DNA of 64,000 nt from Anthoceros angustus. Its lineage: Eukaryota; Plantae; Anthocerotophyta. Below the pieces are notes generated by a model. It was not told the DNA's origin. It did no database searches and was given only the letters and a program-made list of their open reading frames with translations. The position numbers were made by a program, and so were the translations under genes. Position 1 is the first letter of the stretch; every line of letters begins with the position of its first letter. This document shows positions 23,352-35,960 of the stretch, in pieces. Where the stretch lies: contig MU008195.1 in NCBI GenBank assembly GCA_010909165.1, positions 310,001-374,000 on the forward strand. The letters are read 5' to 3'.

Positions 23352-25980
23352 ATGTTCCATTCTCACGCTGCCGCGTCCATGGGTTTCAGCAGCATGCTCT
23401 CGAATTCTCTGCTCTTGCAGAACAGCAACAGCATGGTGTCAACGGAACTGTTCTGGGCTCTGGACCGATTTGCATCCTCCAGTTGGCCTCCAGGGAAGCT
23501 AAAAGCAGGAGGGCTGGACATGGCACCTCCGGCTTCCAGGAGGCTTCTAGTGAACCATCGCAAGGCGCTAGTTACACCCAAGAATCAGCTGGGTCTAAGG
23601 GGGTACAGCTCGTTTTCAGACCCTGCTCAATGGTGGCAGAGTAGTCTGAATAAGGCATGTTCGGAGTGATGCTTGCTGCCCCACGACAGTTGTTTTGATG
23701 CTCACTGGGGCTGACGTTGGGAGTGATTGATAAGCAATCCTGTCGCTCTTATGAGGACCCTGACAGTGGCCTTTACAATGCCTGCAGAAGAGGCCTTCCA
23801 GAGATGGATCTTCCAGGAAAATTGAGCCGACCTGCTCGTCGAAGAATTTGTCAGCTCACCATATGGGCGTAACAGTCGAAACCGTGAGCAAGCTATGCCA
23901 TGATGGGCATCTCACTGAGGCTGTTGAGGCTCTGGAATTTCTGGTGCCGTCAGACCGTTGTATTTCCAAATCTCTCCTGGCCACTTTGCTGAAGAAATGT
24001 GTAGCCAAGAAGAGTCTGGTTCTAGGTAGGCGGGTCCATGCTTGCACGGTGAAGATGAGCTACCAGTCAGATACGTTCCTGGGCTTCCACCTACTGCGAC
24101 TGTATGCTTCTCATGGCAAGTTGCAAGACGCGTTGGATGTGTTTGAAGTGGTTGCCAGACCAGATGCCTTCACATGGTCTGTCATAATTTCTGCGCATGT
24201 TAAACACATGCAGGACAAGCAGGCCATAGAACTGTATCATCGGATGTGCAGGTCCGGTGTGAAGCCAGACGGACATTTGTTTGTGGCAGTCCTTCAGGCT
24301 TGTGCAAGGGGATCAGACTTGAAAACTGGGCAGCAGGTGCATGCTGATGTGTTGGCCACTGGCGTCGAGCCTGATTTGTTCGTCTGGAATAGCTTGGTGG
24401 ACATGTATGCCAAGTGTGGGAGCTTGGATGACGCTCAGAGAGTGTTTGATGGACTTGGTCAGAAAGATGTGGTCACTTGGACTGTGATGATAGCAGCCTA
24501 TTCCCAGCAGGGCATGGGGCAGGAAGCCCTTCGTCTCTACGGTGTTATGCAGAAAGAAGAGGGCATGGCCGTGCCTAACACAGTCACATTTGTGTGCCTT
24601 CTGCAGGCATGTGCAAGTGTAGGCACGGCAGCTTTGGAGAAAGGGAAGCAACTTCATGCGCAAATTAGAAAAGGAGGACATGAGCATGATGTGTTTGTAG
24701 CCAGTAGCTTGGTGAACATGTATGCAAAGTGTGGCAGCTTGGATGACGCTCAGAGAGTGTTTGATGGACTTGGTCAGAAAAATGAGGTGACATGGACTGC
24801 CTTGATAGCAGGATATTCCCAGCAGGGCATGGTCCAGGAATCCCTGCGTCTCTACAGGGCTATGCAAGAAGAAGGCGTGGCTGTACCCAATTCTGTGACA
24901 TTTGTGTGCCTCTTGCAGGCTTGTGCTCGGGTAGGCATCCCAGCGTTGGAGCAGGGGAAGCAGCTTCATATGCAGATTAGGGCGGGAGGACATGAAGCAG
25001 ACTTGTTCGTAGCCAACAATTTGGTGAACATGTATGTGAAGTGTGGTAGCTTGGAAGACGCCCAGACAGTGTTCAATGGGCTGGGTAAGAAGAATGTGGT
25101 CACATGGACTGCCATGATAGCAGGGTATTCCCAGCAGGGCATGGGGCAGGAAGCCCTTCGTCTCTACGATGATATGCAAGCAGAAGGCCTAACTGTACCC
25201 GATTCTGTAACTTTTGTCTGCCTCCTGTATGCCTGCGCGAATGTAGCAGCTCTGTGTCTGGGGAGGCAGCTGCATGCAGAGATACGAAAGCAAGGACTTG
25301 AAGCCGATTTGTTTATAGCTGGCAGTCTAATCAACATGTATGTGAAGTCCGGGAGCATGATTGACGCACAGCAGGTGTTTGATACATCACCCAAACGGGA
25401 CATCGTGGCCTGGAGTTCACTCATTGCAGGCTACACCTACCAAGGAGAGAGTGACATGGTCTTGAACTTGGTGCAGAGAATGAGGGAGGATGGCATACAG
25501 CCAGACGGCATCACACTAGTCAGTGTCCTAACTGTATGCAGCTACGCAGGACTAGTGCAGCAGGGATGGGAGTATTTCGAGGCTATGCGCAGCCAATATG
25601 GCATCACCCCCACGGTGGAGCACTACACCTGTATGGTGGATCTCCTGGGCCGTGCGGGACAGCTAGATGAGGCACTGACTTTGGCAAGATCAATGCCTGT
25701 AACGCCCAATGCTGCAGTGTGGCACACTCTGTTGAGTGCTTGTCGAAAGTGGAGCAACGTGGAGGTGGGCCGTTGTGCTTTCAATGAAGCAGTGCAGCTG
25801 GACACGAAGGATGCCGCAGCATACGTGTTGATGTCGAACATTTACACCGATTCCCACATGTGGGAGCAGGCACAGGAGATGCAGGAGAGAAGGAAAAGAA
25901 TGAGGGCGTGGAAGGAACCAGGACAGAGCTGGTGGACAGACGTGGATGGACTGGTGCATAGCTTTTTGGCTGGTGCATAG
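23352..25980 (+). CDS. PLS-class PPR protein (PPR-2), WW-type PG box, truncated before the deaminase; join(23352..23654,23767..25980)
   Basis: ORF 23848..25980 has P-L-S triplets and E motifs, ending KEPGQSWWTDVDGLVHSFLAGA*. The frame stays open upstream to the acceptor ctgacag|TGG at 23767. The phase-0 donor AAG|GC at 23654/23655 is inferred. Confidence 0.88.
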
Positions 25981-26036
25981 TTTTTTGGTTAGGGATGAGA
26001 AAGCTCTGCGAAGCTGGAGCAGGTTTGATGCTCAAC

Positions 26037-26166
26037 TTGCTGCTTAAGACACTATTCGATTACCAGCATGCTTGCTGCTTAAGATTCTATCGATTACCAG
26101 TACGCTTTCTGCTCAAGACACTCTTCGATTACAGGTATGCTTGCTGCTTAAGACACTATTCTATTA
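26037..26166. repeat. ~35-bp minisatellite x~3.7 just downstream of PPR-2
   Basis: Unit ttgctgcttaagacactattcgattaccagcatgc with variants. Confidence 0.85.
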
Positions 26167-26383
26167 TAAAGTACGGCAGATTTGTGGCCATGTGCACAGA
26201 CAGACACCAAGGTAAGGCATGAGGGAGGAGGGAAGCTGGTAGGCAACTGGTGCACTGTAATAGGGATAAGATGCATTTTTATTAAATTAAATTATCGATT
26301 TAAATGAGTATAAAAAATCGTAAAATTCCCACCCCGGTCATCCCGGTGTATCCCATTCCCTCTGGATGATAGACGACAGGTAA

Positions 26384-29300
26384 CTAGACCAAGAGTTTCT
26401 TCTGCACGTGTTCTGAAATCGAAAGAAGGAAGTGCTCGCCAACCGACAACTCGTATGCCTGTTGGCCCTCTATAGCTACCTTGATCTGATGAGGAAACAA
26501 AGAAGAAAGGACAGATGATTAGTCAGTGAAAAACCTGAACGCCCAAATATCGTACCCAGAGGTCGACACCAAGAAGTAGTGGTACCAGAACATACCTTGT
26601 TTTGGTTGACAGCCAACTCTGTTTTTAGGTTAGCCAAATCTCTGGAAAGGAGGTAAATTTCTACATTTTCTGCATGCTGTGCTTGCCCTGAGCATAATTG
26701 AATGACGGCATCCTTGGCAAAAGAGAGGGTGGCTCTAGACAGGGTGACCTCCAAGGTGCCTCCACCAACTCCTTTGAATACCTCGCTGTCAATAACCACC
26801 TACAGCCAACCATAATCACAGGTTAAGAGAGACAATGTAACGAACGACAACAGCATATCCTGCAAGAGTGAGATACATAGAACAAGGTCTGTTCCAGCTG
26901 GAGCCGTACCGCATGGCCAGGAAGTAACGTCAAAGGAAGCAGTGGAGATCCCAAGGAGTCCTTGATGTAGGCAGCCTGACACAAGAAGGAAGAGACCAGC
27001 ATAGTGAGATTCGGTGTCTGTTTATGTGATACTTGAAACTGAGTCTGCTCACACAGCTGCGTCTATTCATTATGCATCGCCCTACCTGAGTTTCGATAAC
27101 GTGGCTAAGACAACTCTTTTCACTTGTAGGAGGATCATCTTCCAGTACTTTGTACCACACCTCAATACTATCTGTGGGCTCTAGCCCAGCTTTCTTTCTG
27201 AGCTTCTGAACCCTGTTGACAATCTGGTCCAGAACAAGCAGACAGTAAGTGAACTGCAATAAGCCAAACATGCGGCTGCTGCAACCCAACCCAGGCTGAA
27301 AGGGTGAGCAGCTTACTTCTCTTGCAAATCCAGCTTCAATCAGACTTTCATCAGGTTGTAGGTCCAACACAACCAAAACATCACCTGCACACGTAATGAG
27401 TGAGGAAAGCAAGGGCGAATACACATGCTTAATCCTAGCAACCCTTGGGTCATGCTTTGTGTAGAGAATGTGTAGAGAAGTGCTGACATACATACCATCT
27501 CCAGCAGCATCAACGTCCTCTTTCCTAACCCCATCAGGAGGACGGAAGTCTCTGATAACCTGGAGCACAGGCAACAGATTACATTCACGCATTCCACAAA
27601 CAACGTAGAACAGAATCTAACACGACATGTTGCATTCTGAACCTTGATATCTCCTCCAGTGAGCTTGTGCCCAGCAAACGTAGCCTCCCCGGACTTCTCA
27701 AAGGCGAGGATGTCAGACTGAGTCATGCTTTTCACCTCCTTTGCCACTAACCCCATGGCTTTACCCAGTCTTTTACCAAGCACACTGCTCCCAAAAGGTT
27801 TTCAAAGGTTAGAATTTTGTCGACTTGCATGCCAATCTCAAAAACATAAAACCAGGAGCTGAGCATTTACCTGAAATCTGGTTCTGCTCGAAGATTAGCA
27901 TATGTAAGTGGATCATTGCAAGATTTGATGGTTCTGACATTCAGCTCTTCGGATACATACTGCAAGTCAAATTTTGCCAACAATGCAATATTGGCTTGGT
28001 CATTATGACGCAGAAGCATCATGATGCTTACAAGCAGCACAAGGTGCCTCAAGTGGCCCTACCTCGCCAAGTTTTCCAGTGATGTCTTCAAGAAAGTCGG
28101 TGTCGGGATGCACAATAACCATTTCTCTGGCAGACACAAAGTACTAAAGTAAGATCCTTCTTCCAGTGCCCACACAAAACACACAAGTATCATTTCACAG
28201 CATCAAGCCCAACCTCAGAGGCGTCTTCAAGGGCTTGTTATGCCGCTCTCTGATGATCCTGGCCAGCTCAATGACCCTCATCATTCTTCCCACACTCTCT
28301 TCAATTCTGTGATCACTCTGGCAAGAGCAGATAGACCACATCCATTAGTCGACAAATGACATACCAACGTCCTTCTCTGTAAAACCGGCTTCCACACGAA
28401 ACAGTACCTTTCCTTGCACTTCTGGAAAACTGCAGAAGTGCACACTTTCTTCGGCTGAAGGCCCTAGAGGTCTGCGAAGATTCTGATACAGCACCTCGGA
28501 GAAGAAAGGCGTGAAAGGCGACATTGCTTTGGAAGTAGTCAGAAGCACCTGACACACATGATGCGAAGGTATGAGCAGAGACTACATGCAAATTACAGCA
28601 GCCTCTAGCAAAATACTACCAGTAAATGGAAGGGAGTGCATACATGATACAGGGTAGACAGAGCAACTCTGCTATCTGCTTCCCCAGTGCGGCCTTTTAG
28701 TCTCTTGCGATTGAAGCGTACATACACATTTGTCAAGCTCTCAATGAACTTCAAAAGCTGTGGGACAACCTGCATTGAGGAAGATCTGCTATAAATACCT
28801 TTGCATGATTGGTACACTGATGTGTCATCCTTCAATTCGCAATGTAGAACGGTGGAAATAGGAAAGCTTACTGTATACAGTCTGAAGGCTTCCATCTCCT
28901 CTCGCACAAACCCAACAAGACTCTGACAGGCAGAATTGATCCATCTGTCCAAAACATTGGTGGACTTCTGCAGAGTGGGCAGATCTAGTGGCTGGAAGGT
29001 GCCAAGACCTTCGACTTCAAGGCGCAGTGCATTTTGAACTAAAAATCTGTACGCATTGTACCAGGGGAGGAAGACATCCTTGACCTACAGGCACAGTTCA
29101 ATAGATTTGTACCTCACACTCGTTTCACGATCTTAGAAAATGAGAGCATAAGTACAAACACGCCAGATTCAGACTAACCACAGCAAAAACTCCATCCTTC
29201 TTGAATCTTAGAGGTTCTGCTCGCACAACTGGTGAGTTGATGAGATACAATCTCAGAGCATCCTGCAAAACCAGAATTGTCACGACTGTGTGCATATGCA

Positions 29301-32300
29301 TCAAGCAACAGATTCTGCTCATACTAGCATGCAAGAAGTGCCAAAGAAAAGTGTGGCAACATACGGCTGAAGAGCATGCAAACAAGAAAAATCCATGAAA
29401 AGAATATTACAGCTCCAAATTCATTGACAACGTCCATTGTTGGTGGATAGTTCTTCAAGCGCTTGCTCATTTTCTTCCCATCTTCTGCTAGGACCAGACC
29501 ATTACAGATAAGGTTCTGAAATGCTGGTTTGTCAAACAGCGCTGTTGACAACACCATGAGAGTGTAGAACCTGTAAAATGAACACAAATCTGTGACTCTC
29601 AACTGAACAAGCGATTGAGACTCTAGACTCAACAGCCATACCAGTCCCAGTGACATCGTGAGAATTTGCAAGGCATCAATAAAAACAAAGTACAACACTG
29701 AGGTGGACACACACCATCCACGAGTTTGATCCAGGCCCTCAGCTACAAAATGTCCAGGGAAGTTGCGTTCAAAGAGTTCTTGATTCTCAAAGGGATAGTG
29801 GATATAAGCATATGGCATTGAGCCACTTTCGAACCAGCAATCAAAAACCTGAGGACGAGCACAACAATTCCTGGAATTTAAACTGGAGAATCGGGTGACA
29901 AAAGCACCTAGTGCAAGCACATCCAGCAAGCATAACGCAAGGTTTTTAGATGGATGCTAGCAAAACAAACACCTCAAAGTCTTGACACTCACATCTTGAA
30001 CACGTTTCAGGACTCCAAACTCAGGGCCCCTTCTTGATGGAATGGTAACATGATCAATTTTATGGCAGTGAAGATCTGTCGCCTGAAACATCAAAGTATG
30101 GATGATTGCTCTGAGGCATAAAGCGTGCATTAGCCTTTTCAACAGCTCGAAGAGCAAAACGTATGGATAAAACCTTAAAGCCCGACAACTCCTCCAGTTC
30201 CTGGACAGAGCCGACAACCACCATCTCCTGACCGTCGTCACTCAGCCAGATCGGCAATGGGGTTCCCCAAAAGCGGCTGCGACTAACAGACCAGTCTCGT
30301 GCATTTTCCAACCAATTGTGGAACCTCTTTTCCTGCACTTGACAGTTGAATTTTTGAAGTTCCGAGAATGAAGCGACAACACACTGGGCAGACATAACGT
30401 AAGCCAAACTTAGAGATGGTTACCTTCACATAATCAGGCACCCAATATGTCTTCTTGTTATTTTCTATCAAGCGGTCCTTAATGCTCTCAACCGCTACAA
30501 ACCTTCAGAATCAGCAGTACAACATGCCGACACAATCAAGATCTGCTATTGAAATGCCAGATGATGGCAAAGAAGAACCTCCTTACCAACTAGGAACCGC
30601 TCTGTATATCAAAGGAGTTTCAGACCGCCAGCAAAATGGATAAGAATGCACCTCACTGCCTGCGTGCACGAGCCTGCCAAGGGCCTGGCCATCAAATTAG
30701 CACGTCAGGTCGCACTCAAAGACAACAGAAGCACAATTGACATAAGTAGCAAGTCACAGCTAGAAAAATGAGGCTTCAGGTAGCATGACAGGTTCAGAAT
30801 ACTTTTCACCTTAACCGCAGCAATGATATCTTTATCTGCCTCTTTCACATAACGACCCTTGAAAGCCGTGATGTTGTCGGTGAAGCAGCCATTTGAATCA
30901 ACTGGGTTTGGAAACTCCTCTCCCTGAAAGCAGGAAGATGGTGGAATGTGGGCAACACCATCATGCACATAGCAAAAGACTAGAAGACCCAGAATAATAT
31001 CCAAGTCTTACACCACCGGTCAATTGGCAGTGATATACCTTTTGAATCACACCAGCAAGTAGACACACACGGTAGTCATCCTCCCCAAATGCTGGTGCAC
31101 AGTGAACTACACCAGTTCCAGCACCATCGGTTACATAATCATCAGCCACAACCTTAAAGGCTATGTCTGACAAGTGCGAGAAGTACTCAAACATTGGCTT
31201 GTACCTACACCAAACCAGCACAATTTAGCACCATGACTCCAATGCATATCCATCAGAACCTGAATATGTTTAGAGCTTACTTCTTGCCGACCAGATCCTT
31301 CCCTTGGTACGCACTAATGAGCTCATATGTACTGGAATCCGGCTTCGCTGGTTCTTGAAGCTGGCCTTTTTTACTACCATCTGCTGTTTTAGCAGACTTC
31401 TCCACGTTCCCATCAGCAGTTGCCACTTTTGCCTTCTTGCTTGGCAGCTGGGAAAGGCGAGACTCTGCAACAATAAGGACCTCTCCAGTCACCTTACTCT
31501 TCACCTGAGACACACAGCCCACAGAGCGTAACCATCAATATCACCACAGATCTTTATCAGTGTCTGGGAGCCAACTGAACAGACAGCCGTAAAATTGCAG
31601 AGACCTTGACGTATGTGAAGTTTGCATTGATGCAGAGGGCCAAGTTGCTCAACAGAGTCCAAGGAGTGGTGGTCCAAGCGACTAAAGATGCATTATCCTG
31701 ATCTTCACCAACGGAAACGCAATCATGATGGCAGGATCTGAGACATCCTGAAAGTTGTAGCATATAGCACACCGGTTAGAGTGGTACAAGACCAGAGAAA
31801 TGTGGATCCATATTCCGTTGGAATCGCCAACAAGAGGGGCAGCATCTCAGCTCGAACCCCCAGCATCCAGTGCAGTGGAAAACCTTGTAATTGAGACCAG
31901 CTTCGAAATTGGATAAGGGGGTGTTGCACCCTGTGCTGTACGGCATAACCTGCAGAAAAAGAATTGAGACAGTGAATAATCAAGTGCCCATTCCTCTCTG
32001 ACACCAGGATTTGCCTTCCATCACGGATAAGCCAGTTCAAAATAGACAGAAACCAGAAAAGAATACCTTAAACCCCGGTAGACAAGTCCCTTCTCATACA
32101 GCTGCTTGAAAACCCACCAGACACTTTCCATGAATGGGAGGTCCAGTGTCTTGTAGTCATTCTTGAAGTCGATCCATCTCCCAACTCTGGTGATGATTTT
32201 CTCCCATTCCGAGCTATACCTCATCACAATACTCCTGCACTCATCATTGTATTTGTCGATACCCATAGCAAGCACCTGTTCAAAAGCAAGGGCAATGTCA

Positions 32301-32674
32301 GCAAGTCTCCTGCCACTCGAGCGAGATCCATCTGCAATTGAATCCCGCACCTGCTCCTTAGATTTAATTCCCAGCTTCTGATCAATCTCGTACTCGACAG
32401 GCAGGCCATGGCAATCCCACCCAAACCGTCTCGTGACATGAAACCCTCGGGCTGACTTGTACCTCGTCACGATGTCTTTAATGGTCCCGGCTAGAATATG
32501 GCCGTAATGAGGCAGTCCTGTTGCAAAGGGGGGACCATCATAGAAAATGTACTCCGGCTTGCCTTCACTAAGCTTGAGCTGGGTGTGGAACGCGTCTAAG
32601 GATTCCCACAGTGCGAGAATTTTCTCCTCCTCTTGAGGGAAGCTGTAGTTCTTCCCCTCGGGGACTTCCTCCAT
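26384..32674 (-). CDS. IleRS: Cytosolic isoleucyl-tRNA synthetase, multi-exon
   Basis: [13 protein letters not shown]...[99 protein letters not shown]. Last exon inferred as IKVAIEG...KKLLV* (TAG 26384-26386). One apparent 1-nt loss near 31706 (FPLV/EDQD) is probably an assembly error. Confidence 0.95.
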
Positions 32675-33097
32675 TGCAAGTTTCAATAGCTAGAATGCAC
32701 GAAATGGACAGACTGCTCTGTCACCACACATGGACAGCCGCTTTCGATCCTCCTGCAGGGGATCGCTGATCAGCTGAACGAAAATAGCTGGTCACACAAG
32801 CCAAGCCAGGTCTCAAGTTTTAGGCCGTGTGTTCAGTCGAGCTCGTGTGTAAAGGGTTTTTAGCATGAAACTTATGACTCAAGTTATGCTGTAAGTGCTA
32901 TACAGACGAGCCTCTTGAGGGAAGAACATCGGGCAAATCTTCAAACTGTACAAGGTCCGGTGCTCGAAGGGGGAGCCCCAGGTGGCCTGGCTGTGCAAGG
33001 AGCATAGGGATTGGGGCGTTCTTCGACGCTCCATGTCCGCTCTCTCCTGAGAATCCTGAGCCTGCCTGCTGAGCTATCCATACATCAAGGCTGTGAC

Positions 33098-33475
33098 CTA
33101 AGCCGATGCCAGCTCCGGAGCCCGCGACACCACCGATTTCAGCTGCTGCACTGCCGCTCCATCCAGCGCCGGGAGGAAAACCGTCACCGGCCCCAAATCG
33201 GAAAAGATGGTGGAGGGGACCCTGGCCAGCGTGCTGTTGATCTCGGCCAGCTCGCTGGGACTGAGGTACCCGGACTTGCCTAGGGCTTCGATCGCAAGGG
33301 CGGACGCTGCTGCAGTGGAGAGACTGCCGCTACGCCCGAGCCCGTGGCTGCGGCTGCGGCTGTGGCTGTGGCCGTGGCTGTGGCTGTGCTTGCCCAAGTT
33401 GGCGGAATTGAGCCAGAAGAGCAGGTTCGGAGCGCCGATGGTGAAGTGGAAGCCGTAGTAAAAGAGACTTCTCAC
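33098..33475 (-). pseudogene. Possible fasciclin-like (FAS1 H1) gene fragment with His/Ser hexamer repeat
   Basis: AIEALGKSGY...GPVTVFLPALD resembles the FAS1 H1 'TVFAPxD' region. There is no true ATG, and stops follow immediately. A (GGCTGT/GGCTGC)n repeat lies at ~33346-33388. Confidence 0.3.
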
Positions 33476-33896
33476 CGCAGGCTAACTGTCAAGACAGGGT
33501 GACTCCGCTTGCTCCTCACATCTGCTGCCTATGAATGTCTGTGTTCCAAGTCCTGGGTCTGATGCTGTTGCTGCCTTTTCTTGCCAGAAGACAGGAAGGA
33601 CGAGGAAGGAGAATGGTATACCTGGATGCTAAGTATTACATACTCGGGATCCAGACCTGACAGATTATGTAGTAATACCAATGACATCTGTCGTCGTTGG
33701 CAAGAGGCCCTGCGCAAGGAGTGGTTGAAAGCCGATTGGACGTTAGTGTGCCGTCTTCGTGGTTGTGTTAACCAAAAACCATTCGTGAATGTCACTGCGA
33801 TGACATTTGTTTTTGGCTGCTGTAGGCAGAGAATCAGATGGCAGCTGACATGTGTTCTACTCCAGATGTTAATGAAATGGTTGTGTGTCCTTGTAG

Positions 33897-33971
33897 GTAT
33901 TAGCAACGGAGTTGAAGAACAACGCCAACAAGCTTGCCAAATGGACAGCACAGGCTGTCCTTGCAGGTGCT
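33897..33971 (+). pseudogene. Isolated eIF3d exon fragment
   Basis: After ccttgtag it reads VLATELKNNANKLAKWTAQAVLAGA, matching the conserved eIF3d C-terminal segment. No other eIF3d exons are recognisable nearby. Confidence 0.75.
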
Positions 33972-35960
33972 CAAGTATGTGCAAACGAAGCAAGTCAAGA
34001 AGTTCAACAAATGGTTGAACAAAGATCAAAACCCAAATGATTGAACAACAGGCTTATCAGATGTTGTGAGTGGTGTCGAAACAGCCCAACGACGAGGCTC
34101 TTCTGATTTTCTGATCCATAAGCTCGCAGCCTTACTTTGCTTGTGACGATCACCTTCAGATTCTACAACTCTATGCAGCGAATATCGGAAAAGCATTTAC
34201 AGGTATGGTACTGGAATTCCTCTGAGTTGCCTTCATATATGTGAGATGATCACCTGAAGAAGCTCGTCAAATGAAAGAGAACGGTTGTTTGGGATAAACA
34301 GCACATACCTTTTCTTTCAAGAAGAGCAACTAGACTGCACATGATTCCTCTGTATGGACTGATGCACATTGTCTTCCATGAGGTTTGACTCGCACGAATG
34401 CATGAAAAGACCACAGGTGGTGACCAGAACTTCCTTCCATCTTACGTAAATCGCTTCATGCCTAATCGATTCCTGTGTAACCTACTGCTGGATACTACGA
34501 GATTGGGAATATGGGCTGTAGAATCTGCATCCACTTTTGACACTTTAGGAGGCCTTCAAGAAGCTTAAGCAGAGCATACACTGTTTCCGCTGGCATAGCA
34601 GATGCCGCTCTAACAGATTGCTGGCAAGCCCATCTGGAACATCCAGCCAGTGTGATGGGTGTTATACCGCGACGCATGTGAGAGTTTTGTGGCTCTTAAA
34701 AGAGTTGCCCTGAGAGTTGAAGGTAGGTGAAGACTTTCAAGAGCCGGCTGCTCCGTATGTCATTTGACGCGCTCTTCCATGCTAGTGAGCGGCCTGACAT
34801 TCCCTGGACGCTGCCAAGCTACATTCCGGTGACTGCGGTTTTGTCGTATGCCACCCATGCATATTGGTGGAGTCTGCCACTTGCATCATCATATTCAAGC
34901 ACAGGTTCGTGTCGTGCGCAGCCCATGATCCAGCGCCGATATCGATGCCAGAACCTACATTCTGGAGTGGTGGCAGTATTGTGTTTTATTAGGTATCATC
35001 CAGATCCGATGGTGGCGAATGCGTGCCCCGCGCTGCGTACCTCATGCAGGCACCTGATTATCATTTGAAAGGATGTCCATCTTGAAAGCAGTGCCTCTGA
35101 TGGGTGAGTGGAAAGATGAAGTAGAGCTGTGCCAAAGCCCGGTTTTAAAGCACTTGGTGAAGACTGTTTGCATCCGCTGAACAAGTCCATTGCTTCTGCT
35201 TGGTTTTCTTTCGGCCCGTGTGTGTGTTTTTTGATTCTGGTCGTCGGTGTGTATCGCAGTGACAGTGAGATAGAGGAGATGGGTTGCCGGTTCCTTGTGT
35301 TGGCTAGAGTTTTGGTGTCCATTCAGGAAAATGAGTTCTGGGTTCGTGGTGCTGGATCTCCAGCGACCAGCGGGAGCAGGAAAGGAAAGTAGGCAGAAAG
35401 GAGCGGAGAAAAGGAACTTCCTGAGAGGTGCCACTCCCATGCCCCCGCTTCTTCTGTGAATCAACTTGCCAGGCTTTAGTACGTAGTCTCCTATATTCCC
35501 TTGACTCCAGGCTTGATGCGACAAGCTGTGACAGAGTTCACGCGTCATGCCAAAGACCAGACCACACCTGCAACCACTCAGGAAGTCCTGTCGCCAAAGG
35601 CAGGTGAAGGGGTAAAACCTTTTCAAGGCCCCACTACCAAGAAAGCAATTGGAAACGACGACAGCGATGATGTACCTAGTCAAGCCTGACATGGAGCGAC
35701 AAACAGTTGGTGTTGCAGCCATGTCTAGACCAGAGAAGTGTAGATCAGGAATATCCACAATGCCGCCATTCGCCGCAACTCATCTCAGCACACCTCGAGG
35801 GCTGGGTGTGGGAGACACCTGGCGGGCACATGGCATTCCACGGGCAGATCTGGCTGAGATTTGTGCACAGAACAACAGTACGCTAGAGAGAAAGCCCCCT
35901 TATGTGCACGTATCCAAGAGTGTGCCCCAGCTTTGTCCAGTGGAGGGGTGGATTCCTGTT

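Larger units (their letters stand above)
11788..23801. repeat. Large inverted duplication (quasi-palindrome): left arm 11788-15458, right arm 15759-23801, spacer 15459-15758
   Basis: Mirror ORF pairs (11920-12252/23337-23669, 12497-12748/22841-23092, 13113-13304/22012-22203). The innermost 41-bp inverted match is 15418-15458 vs 15759-15799 (3 mismatches). The left arm lacks several blocks present in the right arm. Confidence 0.95.

Noticed and set aside
26037-26166. CRISPR-like array
   Set aside because: Head-to-tail 35-bp units without unique spacers, in eukaryotic DNA.
21720-31710. Inactivating frameshifts in OXP1 (~21726) and IleRS (~31706)
   Set aside because: Single-base losses in otherwise conserved genes. 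The OXP1 pseudo-arm has the expected extra G.
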